From: Candidatus Thalassarchaeaceae archaeon
Lineage (GTDB): Archaea > Thermoplasmatota > Poseidoniia > Poseidoniales > Thalassarchaeaceae
Assembly: GCA_030747485.1 (NCBI GenBank)
Contig: JASLKP010000004.1
Location: 5,244 to 69,243 of the forward strand
DNA: 64,000 nucleotides
Reading direction: 5' to 3'
Under the pieces are notes generated by a model that saw only the letters and a program-made list of their open reading frames with translations, was not told where the DNA came from and made no database searches. A program made the translations under genes and the position numbers. Shown one piece after another: positions 28,206-36,749 of this stretch. Positions within the stretch are counted from its first letter, which is position 1; every line of letters starts with the position of its first letter.

Positions 28206-29135
28206 TTACTCCTCTTCGGAGAGATCGACGAACGGAATGTCATCCTCTTCAATTGCATCTTGAGTTCTAACGAATTCTTCCGGTAGTTCCTCATGTACGA
28301 GAATTTCCTCAGTTAAATCGATTTCATCCGCATCAATTTCAGCCATTGATTCTAGTAATTGTTCTGCAGACTCATGCTGTGCGGCAACTTCGGTGCGTGG
28401 GTCCGCTTCGATGAGATGCACTTCAGCACGCGACAATGCACGTTCAACACCGGCTGCAGATTTGTCATGCAGGGCATCTTCGGCCATATCACATTCAAGC
28501 CTTAATGACGAGAGACTTTCTAGAGCTGAGTCCTCACTCCAACCCTCAGGGGAATCTTCAGCCAATCGTGACAGATCTCCTTCCAATGTAGTTGCATTAT
28601 TCCTCATCATTTCGATTGAATCAGATAAATCAGTACGTCCTCTCTCAATAATGGCTTCCCAGAATTCTTTTTCATCCATTTGTGATCTTCCAGAGATTTT
28701 TCCAAATCGTCCTTTCCACTTTGCTTCCCACGGATTCCGACCTAGTGCACTGGCCAAATCAAATATCAATCGCGCTCGTCTTTCAAGTGGACCATTGATG
28801 TGTATGATATTTAGAAAACAGGAAGCAATCAGCCCGAATCCCCAGTATGATTTGCTTTGTATTGTAATTGTTAATTCCGAATCAGATGCTACAATTTCCC
28901 ATTGTTGCTGATCTAGTCCAGGGGGTGTGGTAACGAGGGGCGGCTCATGTGGTCCAAATACGCGCAACAGTGTATCTGCTACATCGCCAAGGTATAGTGA
29001 ACCATCCGCTCCGGGGAAATTCTTGTGTCTAAGTCTAGAATCTGAATCAATCTTCATCTCAGGTCCACCTGTATGGATCTGGGCGTGAAGTAGAGATTCT
29101 AGGGAATCTAGCAAGCCACTCGATTCGCCACTCAT
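28206..29135 (-). CDS. Acidic hypothetical protein ending in DLSEEE
   Basis: Long ORF reaching 29255 in the track. The internal Met at 29135 avoids overlap with the divergent gene starting at 29224. The C-terminal third is strongly acidic. Confidence 0.5.
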   Translation of the reverse strand: MSGESSGLLDSLESLLHAQIHTGGPEMKIDSDSRLRHKNFPGADGSLYLGDVADTLLRVFGPHEPPLVTTPPGLDQQQWEIVASDSELTITIQSKSYWGFGLIASCFLNIIHINGPLERRARLIFDLASALGRNPWEAKWKGRFGKISGRSQMDEKEFWEAIIERGRTDLSDSIEMMRNNATTLEGDLSRLAEDSPEGWSEDSALESLSSLRLECDMAEDALHDKSAAGVERALSRAEVHLIEADPRTEVAAQHESAEQLLESMAEIDADEIDLTEEILVHEELPEEFVRTQDAIEEDDIPFVDLSEEE

Positions 29136-29223
29136 GTCTCTCCCCTTTGGTCCGTATAGTTCCACACCTATGAAAGAACAACTTGATAGGTCCCCCATCA
29201 CTTTTCGGTACGGAGCGGAGTAT

Positions 29224-29694
29224 ATGGCGAAGAAGAAGGCCTCCAAAGATGACAAAGCTGTTGAGCAATTAACAAGTATCCCTGGCGTTGGAAAAGCAAC
29301 TGCAAAGAAATTGGTTAAGGCAGGCTTGCGTACAGTGAATCAGGTGGCAAAAGCGAGTATGAAGAAGTTGCTAGGTGCAGGTCTTTCCGCAACCATTGCG
29401 AAGAAAATTCTCACAGCATCTGCGAAGGCTGCTGGTAGCAAGGCTAAGGCTGCAGCGAAAGCCGCGCCGAAGAAAGCAAGTAAAACGACAAAGACAATCA
29501 AGATGGCAGCCAAAACAGCAGCAGCCAAAGGTACTGCGAAAGTCAAGAAAGTTGTAGCGGCAAAAAAGAAGCCAGCCAAAAAACCCCGGACGAAGACGAC
29601 TAAAAAATCCAAGAAGACAGTCGAGGTCAGCAGTAAAACAATCCCAACACCGGATTGGAAAGCCAATCTGAAGAAGTGGAAGAAGGGTGACTGA
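29224..29694 (+). CDS. Helix-hairpin-helix DNA-binding protein with Lys/Ala-rich H1-like tail
   Basis: MAKKKASKDD..., HhH motif LTSIPGVGKATAKKLVKAG and a second weaker HhH, then a ~90-aa AKKxAAK low-complexity basic tail. ATG 29224 is chosen over the upstream in-frame extension. Confidence 0.7.
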   Translation: MAKKKASKDDKAVEQLTSIPGVGKATAKKLVKAGLRTVNQVAKASMKKLLGAGLSATIAKKILTASAKAAGSKAKAAAKAAPKKASKTTKTIKMAAKTAAAKGTAKVKKVVAAKKKPAKKPRTKTTKKSKKTVEVSSKTIPTPDWKANLKKWKKGD

Positions 29695-29705
29695 CCACTT
29701 TATGA

Positions 29706-30779
29706 TTAGTCCATATCTTGTTCTCTACTCGCAGTCTGAGCACGGTGATAGATTTCTCTTAGGCTCTGATCACTGATTTCCAGATAGACTCGAGTGGTAG
29801 AGATATTTGCATGTCCTAGCAATCGTTGAATACTGACTAAATCAGCCCCTCGTTCCAATAAACCAGTTGCAAAGTTATGTCTCAATGTATGCGGACTGAG
29901 TTTGGAGCGAGGGATATCAGCGCTATCTGCGAGTGCATCCATTAGTTTCTGAACCGCTCTTGGAGATAATCTACGTCCAAGCCTGTTGAGAATTAATGCG
30001 TCTCTATGTTCATCGCATGGTGTGTGTTTTGCTACAATTGATGCCCGCACGATATCATAGGCTGCAATCGCTTCAACAGATTCGTTGGTGAACAATACCA
30101 AGCGATCTTTCGATCCTTTTCCTTCGTGTACGGTCGCTGAAGTATCTTCAATATCTACATCAGACCGATTCAATGCACATAATTCAGATACTCTCATTCC
30201 GGTATCTAAGAGTAAAATAATCACAACATTAGCAAAGGGATTTTCTGACGTTGCCGCTGCTTCTCGCAATCGAGCAACTTCTCTTCGAGTGAGTGTCTTG
30301 GGAAGATTTCGACCTTTCTGTGGACGGGCAACCCAATCAGGAACACGATGGCCAACCCAATTCAACAAATGACTGGCTGAGGCTAACCGTGCATTTATCG
30401 TTGCAGCAGATAGATGAGAAATCGATTGAACCCACAAATCCAAACGCCCATTGTTCGGATCAATCCAACGTGACAAATCACTGACTTTCATTTTCTGTAG
30501 TGCATCGTATGATGCAGGAATTTCATCTGGGAGAGGAGTTGATACGAATTGTTTCACTGCAGTATAGTATGCTCTTAGTGTGTGCACGCTCTTTTTTTCA
30601 CTAGTGAGTTGCATTTCGTAGCATCCAAACCATGGGAATTCTGACAACCTAGCCAAACGTGTTGGCAGGCCATAAGGTATGCCGAGTGCATTCTCTGAAA
30701 ATGGAGTTGCGAAACGGTCCCCTGAGGGCACCTCCTGCCAAGTATTCTCAGCGTCGTGGTTACTACCTTTCTCTAGCAT
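29706..30779 (-). CDS. xerA: Tyrosine recombinase, XerA/XerC/XerD type
   Basis: C-terminal catalytic block HTLRHNFATGLLERGADLVSIQRLLGHANISTTRVYL, an upstream R in GMRVSELCAL, and an N-terminal SAM-like core-binding domain. Confidence 0.88.
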   Translation of the reverse strand: MLEKGSNHDAENTWQEVPSGDRFATPFSENALGIPYGLPTRLARLSEFPWFGCYEMQLTSEKKSVHTLRAYYTAVKQFVSTPLPDEIPASYDALQKMKVSDLSRWIDPNNGRLDLWVQSISHLSAATINARLASASHLLNWVGHRVPDWVARPQKGRNLPKTLTRREVARLREAAATSENPFANVVIILLLDTGMRVSELCALNRSDVDIEDTSATVHEGKGSKDRLVLFTNESVEAIAAYDIVRASIVAKHTPCDEHRDALILNRLGRRLSPRAVQKLMDALADSADIPRSKLSPHTLRHNFATGLLERGADLVSIQRLLGHANISTTRVYLEISDQSLREIYHRAQTASREQDMD

Positions 30780-30922
30780 TCACTCGTACTTCCCGGGGCC
30801 ATTGGCCCGTGCATTCCCATCCCCGAAGGGAAATCGCAGTAGGTGCATCAAGGTATGAATGCTACGCAGGGGTAAGAGAATTATCCGCCCGTATGATGTG
30901 TGTTTTCCAAACGCCGAGGATA

Positions 30923-32191
30923 TTAGCGACGACGTTTTCTCCAACGTGGCGATTGGTTTCGGACCGCCCATGCCGCCTCATTTTCAGGAGAATCAATTTC
31001 CCACGGCCTTGGTTCTTCAGGTGCTGAGCATCGCGCATCGATTGTTTGCTGAACCAATGGACGGATTCGTTGACGAAGAACTTCTAGTGAACCATAAAAA
31101 ATGATTTCATCAGCTTCTCGAAGAACAATATCGTTGTCTGGTTGCCAAATATGTGCTCCAGCACGTGAAACGGCTGCGATCATCCCTTCCTCATCGAGTG
31201 TCATGAGATCACCCAATCGCCGACCTACAAGTTCAGGATATCGTCGAACCTTCAGAGAGAGCGTTCCATGTCCTTCTTTGCTAGCAAGTAATTGATCTAA
31301 ATCAACTGAGGAGAAGGCGTGAGATTCAACAACATGGCTCATGATGTGTCCTGCTACATTGACTCCAGTTGCTTTCTCAATACCTTCCAATCCTGGACTA
31401 GAATTTACTTCAAGCAATAATGGGCCTCGATTGGATTCAAGCAAATCTACGCCAGCAATATCTAGCCCTAGAATCCGAGCAGCCTTCCGAGCAATTCGGG
31501 CATAATCTTCTGGTAGATTGAATGACTCAACACTTCCTCCTAAGTGGAAGTTTGATCGGAATTCACGACCATGTGCTCTGCGACGCATTGAAGCAACGAC
31601 TTCACCGCCGACAACCAATACTCTGACATCTTTACCGTGACTTTCCTTGATGTATTCCTGAACAAGGACTTGAGTGCCTTTTTCCAATAAATCCCAAGCA
31701 AGTTCACTTGCTTCTCGTTCTGTATGTGCAAGATACACTCCACTACCCTGTGTACCTTCAGCGGCTTTGATGACACAAGGCACTCCTCCAACTTGGCGAA
31801 TGGCTCTTTCTACATCTCTCCAATCTCGGACATATGCTGTGGTTGGGACGGGAATATGACTACTAGAGAGAACTTGAGTCGCATGCAACTTATCGCGACT
31901 TCTTTGAATTCCTTCACTACTGTTTGCAACATAAATTCCCATACGTTCGAATTGCCTCACAATTGCAACACCATGTCGAGTAATTGAATATCCAATTCTA
32001 GGAAGGGCAGCATCAACCTCAACATTCCATCCTTCGTGAAGGATGCGCCGCCCATCATTTCCGACTGTAACTGACAGTTTCATTGGATCGAGTACATCTA
32101 CGGAGCAACCTAGAGCCTGTGCTTCCTCCACAAGCCGCCTAGTACTGTATAGCCGGGGGCCACGAGATAGTACAGCTACACGCAGGGCCAT
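30923..32191 (-). CDS. rimK: RimK-family ATP-grasp alpha-L-glutamate ligase fused to a C-terminal RCK_C (TrkA-C)-like domain
   Basis: MALRVAVLSRGPRLYSTRRLVEEA..., then ATP-grasp motifs through GLDIAGVDLLESNRGPLLLEVNSSPGLEGIE. The C-terminal VGRRLGDLMTLDEEGMIAAVSRAGAHIWQPDNDIVLREADEIIFYG fits the RCK_C pattern. The tail is basic: RWRKRRR. Confidence 0.8.
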   Translation of the reverse strand: MALRVAVLSRGPRLYSTRRLVEEAQALGCSVDVLDPMKLSVTVGNDGRRILHEGWNVEVDAALPRIGYSITRHGVAIVRQFERMGIYVANSSEGIQRSRDKLHATQVLSSSHIPVPTTAYVRDWRDVERAIRQVGGVPCVIKAAEGTQGSGVYLAHTEREASELAWDLLEKGTQVLVQEYIKESHGKDVRVLVVGGEVVASMRRRAHGREFRSNFHLGGSVESFNLPEDYARIARKAARILGLDIAGVDLLESNRGPLLLEVNSSPGLEGIEKATGVNVAGHIMSHVVESHAFSSVDLDQLLASKEGHGTLSLKVRRYPELVGRRLGDLMTLDEEGMIAAVSRAGAHIWQPDNDIVLREADEIIFYGSLEVLRQRIRPLVQQTIDARCSAPEEPRPWEIDSPENEAAWAVRNQSPRWRKRRR

Positions 32192-32324
32192 CGGCTCACG
32201 CCGAGAGCCCTTCCGTTTTGAGTCCTACGGCTAAAAAGCGCGTGACCGCGCCTGCGAGCACGTGCGCTCGTGCGCGCGCGAGGGAGCCGAGCCTTTGAAG
32301 CGTCAAGAAGATGTCCGCGATAGC

Positions 32325-33527
32325 ATGCAGGCTCCGGCCGGCCCCTCAGGTCCACCCGTTGATGGTCCATCTGGACCCCCTAGCGTTGTGGGTCCTACTG
32401 GTGCTCCACAGGATGGTCCTAGCGGACCACCAGAGGATGTAAATCCTGCACAATTTGATCCATTGGCTGAGATTGAAGACGCCCGGGCACGCCGAAAGAA
32501 TCGTGAAGAAAGGTTAGAGGTACTTCAGAAGAAAAGGAATAGTGCTCGAGTGAATGTCTACCTTTTCTTGGCCATCACTGTCGTTCTCGCAGGATTCGCA
32601 TTTTTCCCAGTCACTTCTGGTGATACTGATTTGAATCCGTTCCCCCAAGGTCAAAGTCCAACGAATCACAAAGCTTGGGTTCAAGATGACAATCATTTGA
32701 CTGGTGGTTATGAAGACAAAATTTGGGATGGTAACAAGGGAACAACACGTACTGCTGACAAGCAAATTTACATTCCACCACCATTACCAGATATGGGCTC
32801 CACATCATCGATTAGAATTGATGTAACTGTAGACATATACAGATTACAGGGAAATACTACTTTCAAGGCTGGAATGTTTGACGGTGAATGCACTCAATTA
32901 CCTGCCTTTGAATCATTACCCGAAGACTCTTGGTATCATTATGAAGGAACAAAATCAGCTGGTGAGACTGTTGAATTTACCTTGTATACTCAACCAGGTC
33001 AGAAATGCTTCTTATTCATGTGGGATGATGATGAAAATCCAGACATTCCTCCTTTACAGGATTACTATCTTCCGACCATGGATATCGAGATTGCCATTTA
33101 TTGGCCTCGAATCATCACCGTCCCTATCGCCCTCATTACTTTCCTTTTCGCTGGATTTGCATTCGTTGGTGCTCAGAAGTCCGGTAAGGCATTCAAGGCA
33201 CTGAAGTATCCTGAAGGGGAACCAGCGAAGAAGATTGAGGAAGAGGTACTTGAGGCAGCCGAATCAGAACAACGTGAACAGATTGACGCCCCAGTTGTTG
33301 ACCAACCTGAGGATGCAGATGCTCACGAAATAGAGGGGCCATCCCTTGCAGAGGCGGCTAGTAGTCCTGAACAGGGTGAAGTCGAGGTTGAAGAGGAACC
33401 CCCATCTGATGAGGAACCAGCGGGTGAATCTGCAGAAGAAGAAAACTCTGCTTCTGCCTGGACGGATGAACAGTTGTTAGGCGCGGGCTGGACACAGGAA
33501 CAAATTGACGCTATGCGCAATGCTTGA
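32325..33527 (+). CDS. Two-TM membrane protein with Pro/Gly-repeat N-terminus and acidic C-terminal tail
   Basis: GPSGPP occurs three times in the first 40 aa. It has TM1 VYLFLAITVVLAGFAFFPV, a ~170-aa ectodomain, TM2 ITVPIALITFLFAGFAFVGA, and an acidic tail. The ORF track starts at GTG 32262. Confidence 0.6.
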   Translation: MQAPAGPSGPPVDGPSGPPSVVGPTGAPQDGPSGPPEDVNPAQFDPLAEIEDARARRKNREERLEVLQKKRNSARVNVYLFLAITVVLAGFAFFPVTSGDTDLNPFPQGQSPTNHKAWVQDDNHLTGGYEDKIWDGNKGTTRTADKQIYIPPPLPDMGSTSSIRIDVTVDIYRLQGNTTFKAGMFDGECTQLPAFESLPEDSWYHYEGTKSAGETVEFTLYTQPGQKCFLFMWDDDENPDIPPLQDYYLPTMDIEIAIYWPRIITVPIALITFLFAGFAFVGAQKSGKAFKALKYPEGEPAKKIEEEVLEAAESEQREQIDAPVVDQPEDADAHEIEGPSLAEAASSPEQGEVEVEEEPPSDEEPAGESAEEENSASAWTDEQLLGAGWTQEQIDAMRNA

Positions 33528-33605
33528 GTCCAATCAGAACGCAACGAACCACCACTCATGGAGCGAAGAGGTTGAAAGCGGTATGCACCACCATCCTCTC
33601 TGAGG

Positions 33606-35711
33606 ATGGTTATGTCTGAGGAAGATTTCTCTAAACTGACCGTCGCTGAATTGAAGATTCGGCTAAAAGAAATGGGGCTCCCATTAACTGGTAAGAAAGC
33701 CGATTTAATCAATAGAATAGAGGAAGCACAGGATTTAGAAAATCTCGATGAGGTCCTTCTCATCGATGATGATGGTGATGCTCTCTTAATCGAAGATGTA
33801 GTTGATGATGTTGATGAAGATTTATCGACACAAGACACTCTTTTTGAAGCGGAGATTATTGACGATATTGATGAAGAATATGATGAAATCTTTGGGGATG
33901 ATGTCTTTGAAGCAGAAATATCTCCTCAACCCTCTCGTTCAGAACGCGCTTCCCGTACCATGGGTTCCACTTCACCTTGGTACAAAGATGGGACGAATAT
34001 TGCCACAATCCTTGTGGTTTTACTTCTTGCTGCAGGTGGCGGATGGTGGTATCATTCCCAACAAGAGGTTGACTACCAGGTAGCACCACCTCGATATGGT
34101 GATAATCTCCAATTCTCGGTGAGTAATGGACTTCTCCTAGCCGATGGAGACGAAATGGTGGATTATCTTCGTCAGAGTGTAGGTGAATCATTGGATCAAG
34201 TATGTGGTGAGTTGCGAATTGATTTCACAGGCTCAGGATCTGCATCGATTACTGAAGGGACCCTCACGGATCTCAAAGATTCAGGAGATGATCATCTTCG
34301 AGGGGCTGTGATGATGAATGGTCCCTATGGAAGATGGTGGAATTCGGTTGAGTCTGACGTACAGTATCATCTAGACGCGGATTTGTCAGGATACACTTGG
34401 TCCGCCATCGATTCTGATTCCTGTAGCCAAAATACAGACTGGTCACGAAACAATAACCAACTCGATGTTGGGGTGAAACAGTGGACAGAATTGACTGAAA
34501 GAACTCTATTACGAACAGATTCAAATCTTGATTTGACAGATTCAGATGGACAACGCTCGGCGTTGTCTGTGACGACATTTGGAGCAGTCAGTGGTTCTGA
34601 TGCAATTACAGATTTAATTGATGTTGCATTAATGCCAATGCACCCTGTAAATTTGTATGATGTATTCCAATTGAGAGAATTGGAGGTTGGAGTCTCAGAC
34701 AATTATGATGGCTGGGATTGGGTCGTAGGAGATACCACTACAATTGCCGGTCAAGATGCCATCATGGTATACATGGATCACGTTGAAACTAGACAATGTC
34801 TTGGTCGAGCAACAATGACGCTATGGGTCATTCCAAACCAACCATTACCTGGCAAACAAAGTGTTGACATTATGCTTGATGGACAGGGAGATGGAACCTG
34901 TAGTACGGGCATGAAACTCGCGATTGAATACGCCTTCCCTGATGGGACTTTTACCTCACGATATACCATTCAACAAACCTCCTTCATTCGAGGGAGTAAC
35001 CTCTTGGATTGGAATGAAGCATATTCGTCTCGACCAATGGCGGGTCAAGGTATTCCAGATGATGATGAACGAATGTCATGGAACGCTGGGACCCACATGT
35101 GGGATGACCCTGATAATTCCTCAACATCGAGTCGAACTTACACACTTGAGAAGGCCGTTGAATGTGTGGTCACAGATTTCGATGCATTTGGAAGTGCCAA
35201 CGTTGCGCTTTCAGGAAATGGTTACGTGTTTGCGGCTCAAGATGACCGTACTGGAATGAACCCCGTCTGGAATCTGTCATGGATTAGTTCAGATGATGCT
35301 GGTTGGGTTCGTGTAACGTGGCCAGGTGGAGAGAACTGCCTCAATACTGGAGACGGTCCATTGACTGGTGATGACAAGCCGGATTATGGACGTGATCGAA
35401 TCCCTGAAACATTGGAATTGTCTGACCTTGAGTCACTCATGACTTCATCAGCATTGTATCCTAATCTTCATTCTCAAATCATGATGGGTGGTTCCTTACG
35501 TGACGATGCTCAACTTGGATACAACCTTGTCATTCCAGAAGATAATCCCGTGACAGATTTGTTACCAGATGATTATCTCAATGGGAAAGTGACAGTACAC
35601 ATTGAGCGTACCTGGACATCAGGAGGAGAGGATCATGTTTTGCAGGCAGGAATGGATGGAGAAACTGGTCGAATGGCAGGTTGGTACATGACCTCTACTG
35701 TTGCAGATTAG
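33606..35711 (+). CDS. SAP/HeH (Rho_N-like) motif protein with acidic linker, single TM and large ectodomain
   Basis: FSKLTVAELKIRLKEMGLPLTGKKADLINRIEEA matches the SAP helix-extension-helix consensus. It is followed by a ~70-aa Asp/Glu linker, TM IATILVVLLLAAGGGWWY, and a ~540-aa extracytoplasmic domain. The start is ATG 33606 or 33612. Confidence 0.7.
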   Translation: MVMSEEDFSKLTVAELKIRLKEMGLPLTGKKADLINRIEEAQDLENLDEVLLIDDDGDALLIEDVVDDVDEDLSTQDTLFEAEIIDDIDEEYDEIFGDDVFEAEISPQPSRSERASRTMGSTSPWYKDGTNIATILVVLLLAAGGGWWYHSQQEVDYQVAPPRYGDNLQFSVSNGLLLADGDEMVDYLRQSVGESLDQVCGELRIDFTGSGSASITEGTLTDLKDSGDDHLRGAVMMNGPYGRWWNSVESDVQYHLDADLSGYTWSAIDSDSCSQNTDWSRNNNQLDVGVKQWTELTERTLLRTDSNLDLTDSDGQRSALSVTTFGAVSGSDAITDLIDVALMPMHPVNLYDVFQLRELEVGVSDNYDGWDWVVGDTTTIAGQDAIMVYMDHVETRQCLGRATMTLWVIPNQPLPGKQSVDIMLDGQGDGTCSTGMKLAIEYAFPDGTFTSRYTIQQTSFIRGSNLLDWNEAYSSRPMAGQGIPDDDERMSWNAGTHMWDDPDNSSTSSRTYTLEKAVECVVTDFDAFGSANVALSGNGYVFAAQDDRTGMNPVWNLSWISSDDAGWVRVTWPGGENCLNTGDGPLTGDDKPDYGRDRIPETLELSDLESLMTSSALYPNLHSQIMMGGSLRDDAQLGYNLVIPEDNPVTDLLPDDYLNGKVTVHIERTWTSGGEDHVLQAGMDGETGRMAGWYMTSTVAD

Positions 35712-35815
35712 CGCCTTCGGCGCTCGCACGTACGTGAGCAAAACCCGCTTTTCTTGCATATATCGTCCCGTCACCCTCAAGAGCACTGCGATTCCGGTGA
35801 GGCACGGGATGCACA

Positions 35816-36745
35816 ATGGAAGATGAGGAAATTCTCCCGGAGGCACTACCTGCTCCAATGGTGGTGGAGTTTACTGAAGAAGAATTTGAGACCCCAGAAA
35901 TTGATGACCTCAGTTCTGCAGAACCACGTCAAGTGATGGAACTTCCACGTGCTGAGCCAACACCTGATGGTCGTGCTAGAGTTGTGACGGTCATGAATCA
36001 GAAAGGTGGTGTTGGAAAAACGACAACAGTCATCAATATCGCCACTCATCTGGCACTCCATGGTGTCAGAGTACTCGTCGTAGATTGTGATCAACAAGGC
36101 AATTGTGCAACAGGACTAGGTATTGACAAAAGTCGAGTCGTTCACACGACTCGTACGTTATTCACCGAACCAGAAAATGCACCTGCGTGTCGTCATGCAA
36201 CTGCGATTCCGGGTCTTCATCTCATTGTTGGTGAGCGTAGTTTGGTTGGAATCGAGCAGGAACTCTCAACCATGCTTGGTCGTGAACGTTGTCTCATCGA
36301 TGGATTGGAACCATTGTTACAACACTATGACCTCGTCCTTCTTGATACGGCCCCAAGCCTTGGCCTTGTGACAATCAATGCCTTGGTTGCCAGTGATGCA
36401 GTACTTGTTCCAGTACAAACTGAATTCTTTGCACTTGAAGGCGTGGCCATGTTAGCTTCAACGATTCGTGAAGTTCGCCGACGTTTGAATCCAAAACTTG
36501 GTTTTGATGGTGTCATGATGACAATGCATGCGCCCACTTTGTTGAATAGTCAAGTCAAGAGTCAATTAATGGAAACATTTGGGGATTTGATGATTGAACC
36601 ACCAATTCGACGTAATATTAAGTTGGCAGAAGCACCCAGTGAAGGCGTTCCCATTCACATCCATGCACCAGAAAGCAATGGTGGTCATGATTATCGCTTA
36701 CTCGCTCAAAATCTCGCTGAGAGATGGGGCTTTGAACTGGAGTGA
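35816..36745 (+). CDS. parA: ParA/Soj-type partition ATPase (SegA-like) with acidic N-terminal extension
   Basis: Deviant Walker A NQKGGVGKTTTVINIA, then VLVVDCDQQGNCATGLG, and Walker B LVLLDTAPSLG. Confidence 0.9.
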   Translation: MEDEEILPEALPAPMVVEFTEEEFETPEIDDLSSAEPRQVMELPRAEPTPDGRARVVTVMNQKGGVGKTTTVINIATHLALHGVRVLVVDCDQQGNCATGLGIDKSRVVHTTRTLFTEPENAPACRHATAIPGLHLIVGERSLVGIEQELSTMLGRERCLIDGLEPLLQHYDLVLLDTAPSLGLVTINALVASDAVLVPVQTEFFALEGVAMLASTIREVRRRLNPKLGFDGVMMTMHAPTLLNSQVKSQLMETFGDLMIEPPIRRNIKLAEAPSEGVPIHIHAPESNGGHDYRLLAQNLAERWGFELE

Positions 36746-36749
36746 TTTG

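Noticed and set aside
29340-29666. A 108-aa minus-strand ORF rich in A/F/L.
   Set aside because: It is the mirror image of the Lys/Ala repeat (AAG/GCN codons) of the HhH-AKK gene. It is a composition-driven shadow ORF.
29706-30779. The tyrosine recombinase might mark an integrated mobile element.
   Set aside because: There is no adjacent tRNA, no flanking direct repeats, no phage or plasmid genes and no compositional shift. The sequence is Xer-like, consistent with the chromosomal dimer-resolution recombinase XerA.
33323-33838. A 171-aa Ser-rich minus-strand ORF. A similar one lies at 63202-63696.
   Set aside because: Both are antisense to Glu/Asp-rich tails (GAA/GAG/GAT read backwards gives TTC/CTC/ATC, producing Ser/Leu/Ile runs). 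They are not independent genes.
36594-36749. An upstream extension of the ParB-peptide ORF (198-aa version).
   Set aside because: The extension overlaps the 3' end of parA in another frame. The ATG at 36750, 4 nt after the parA stop, begins exactly at the conserved MTEKKRVLGRGL peptide.
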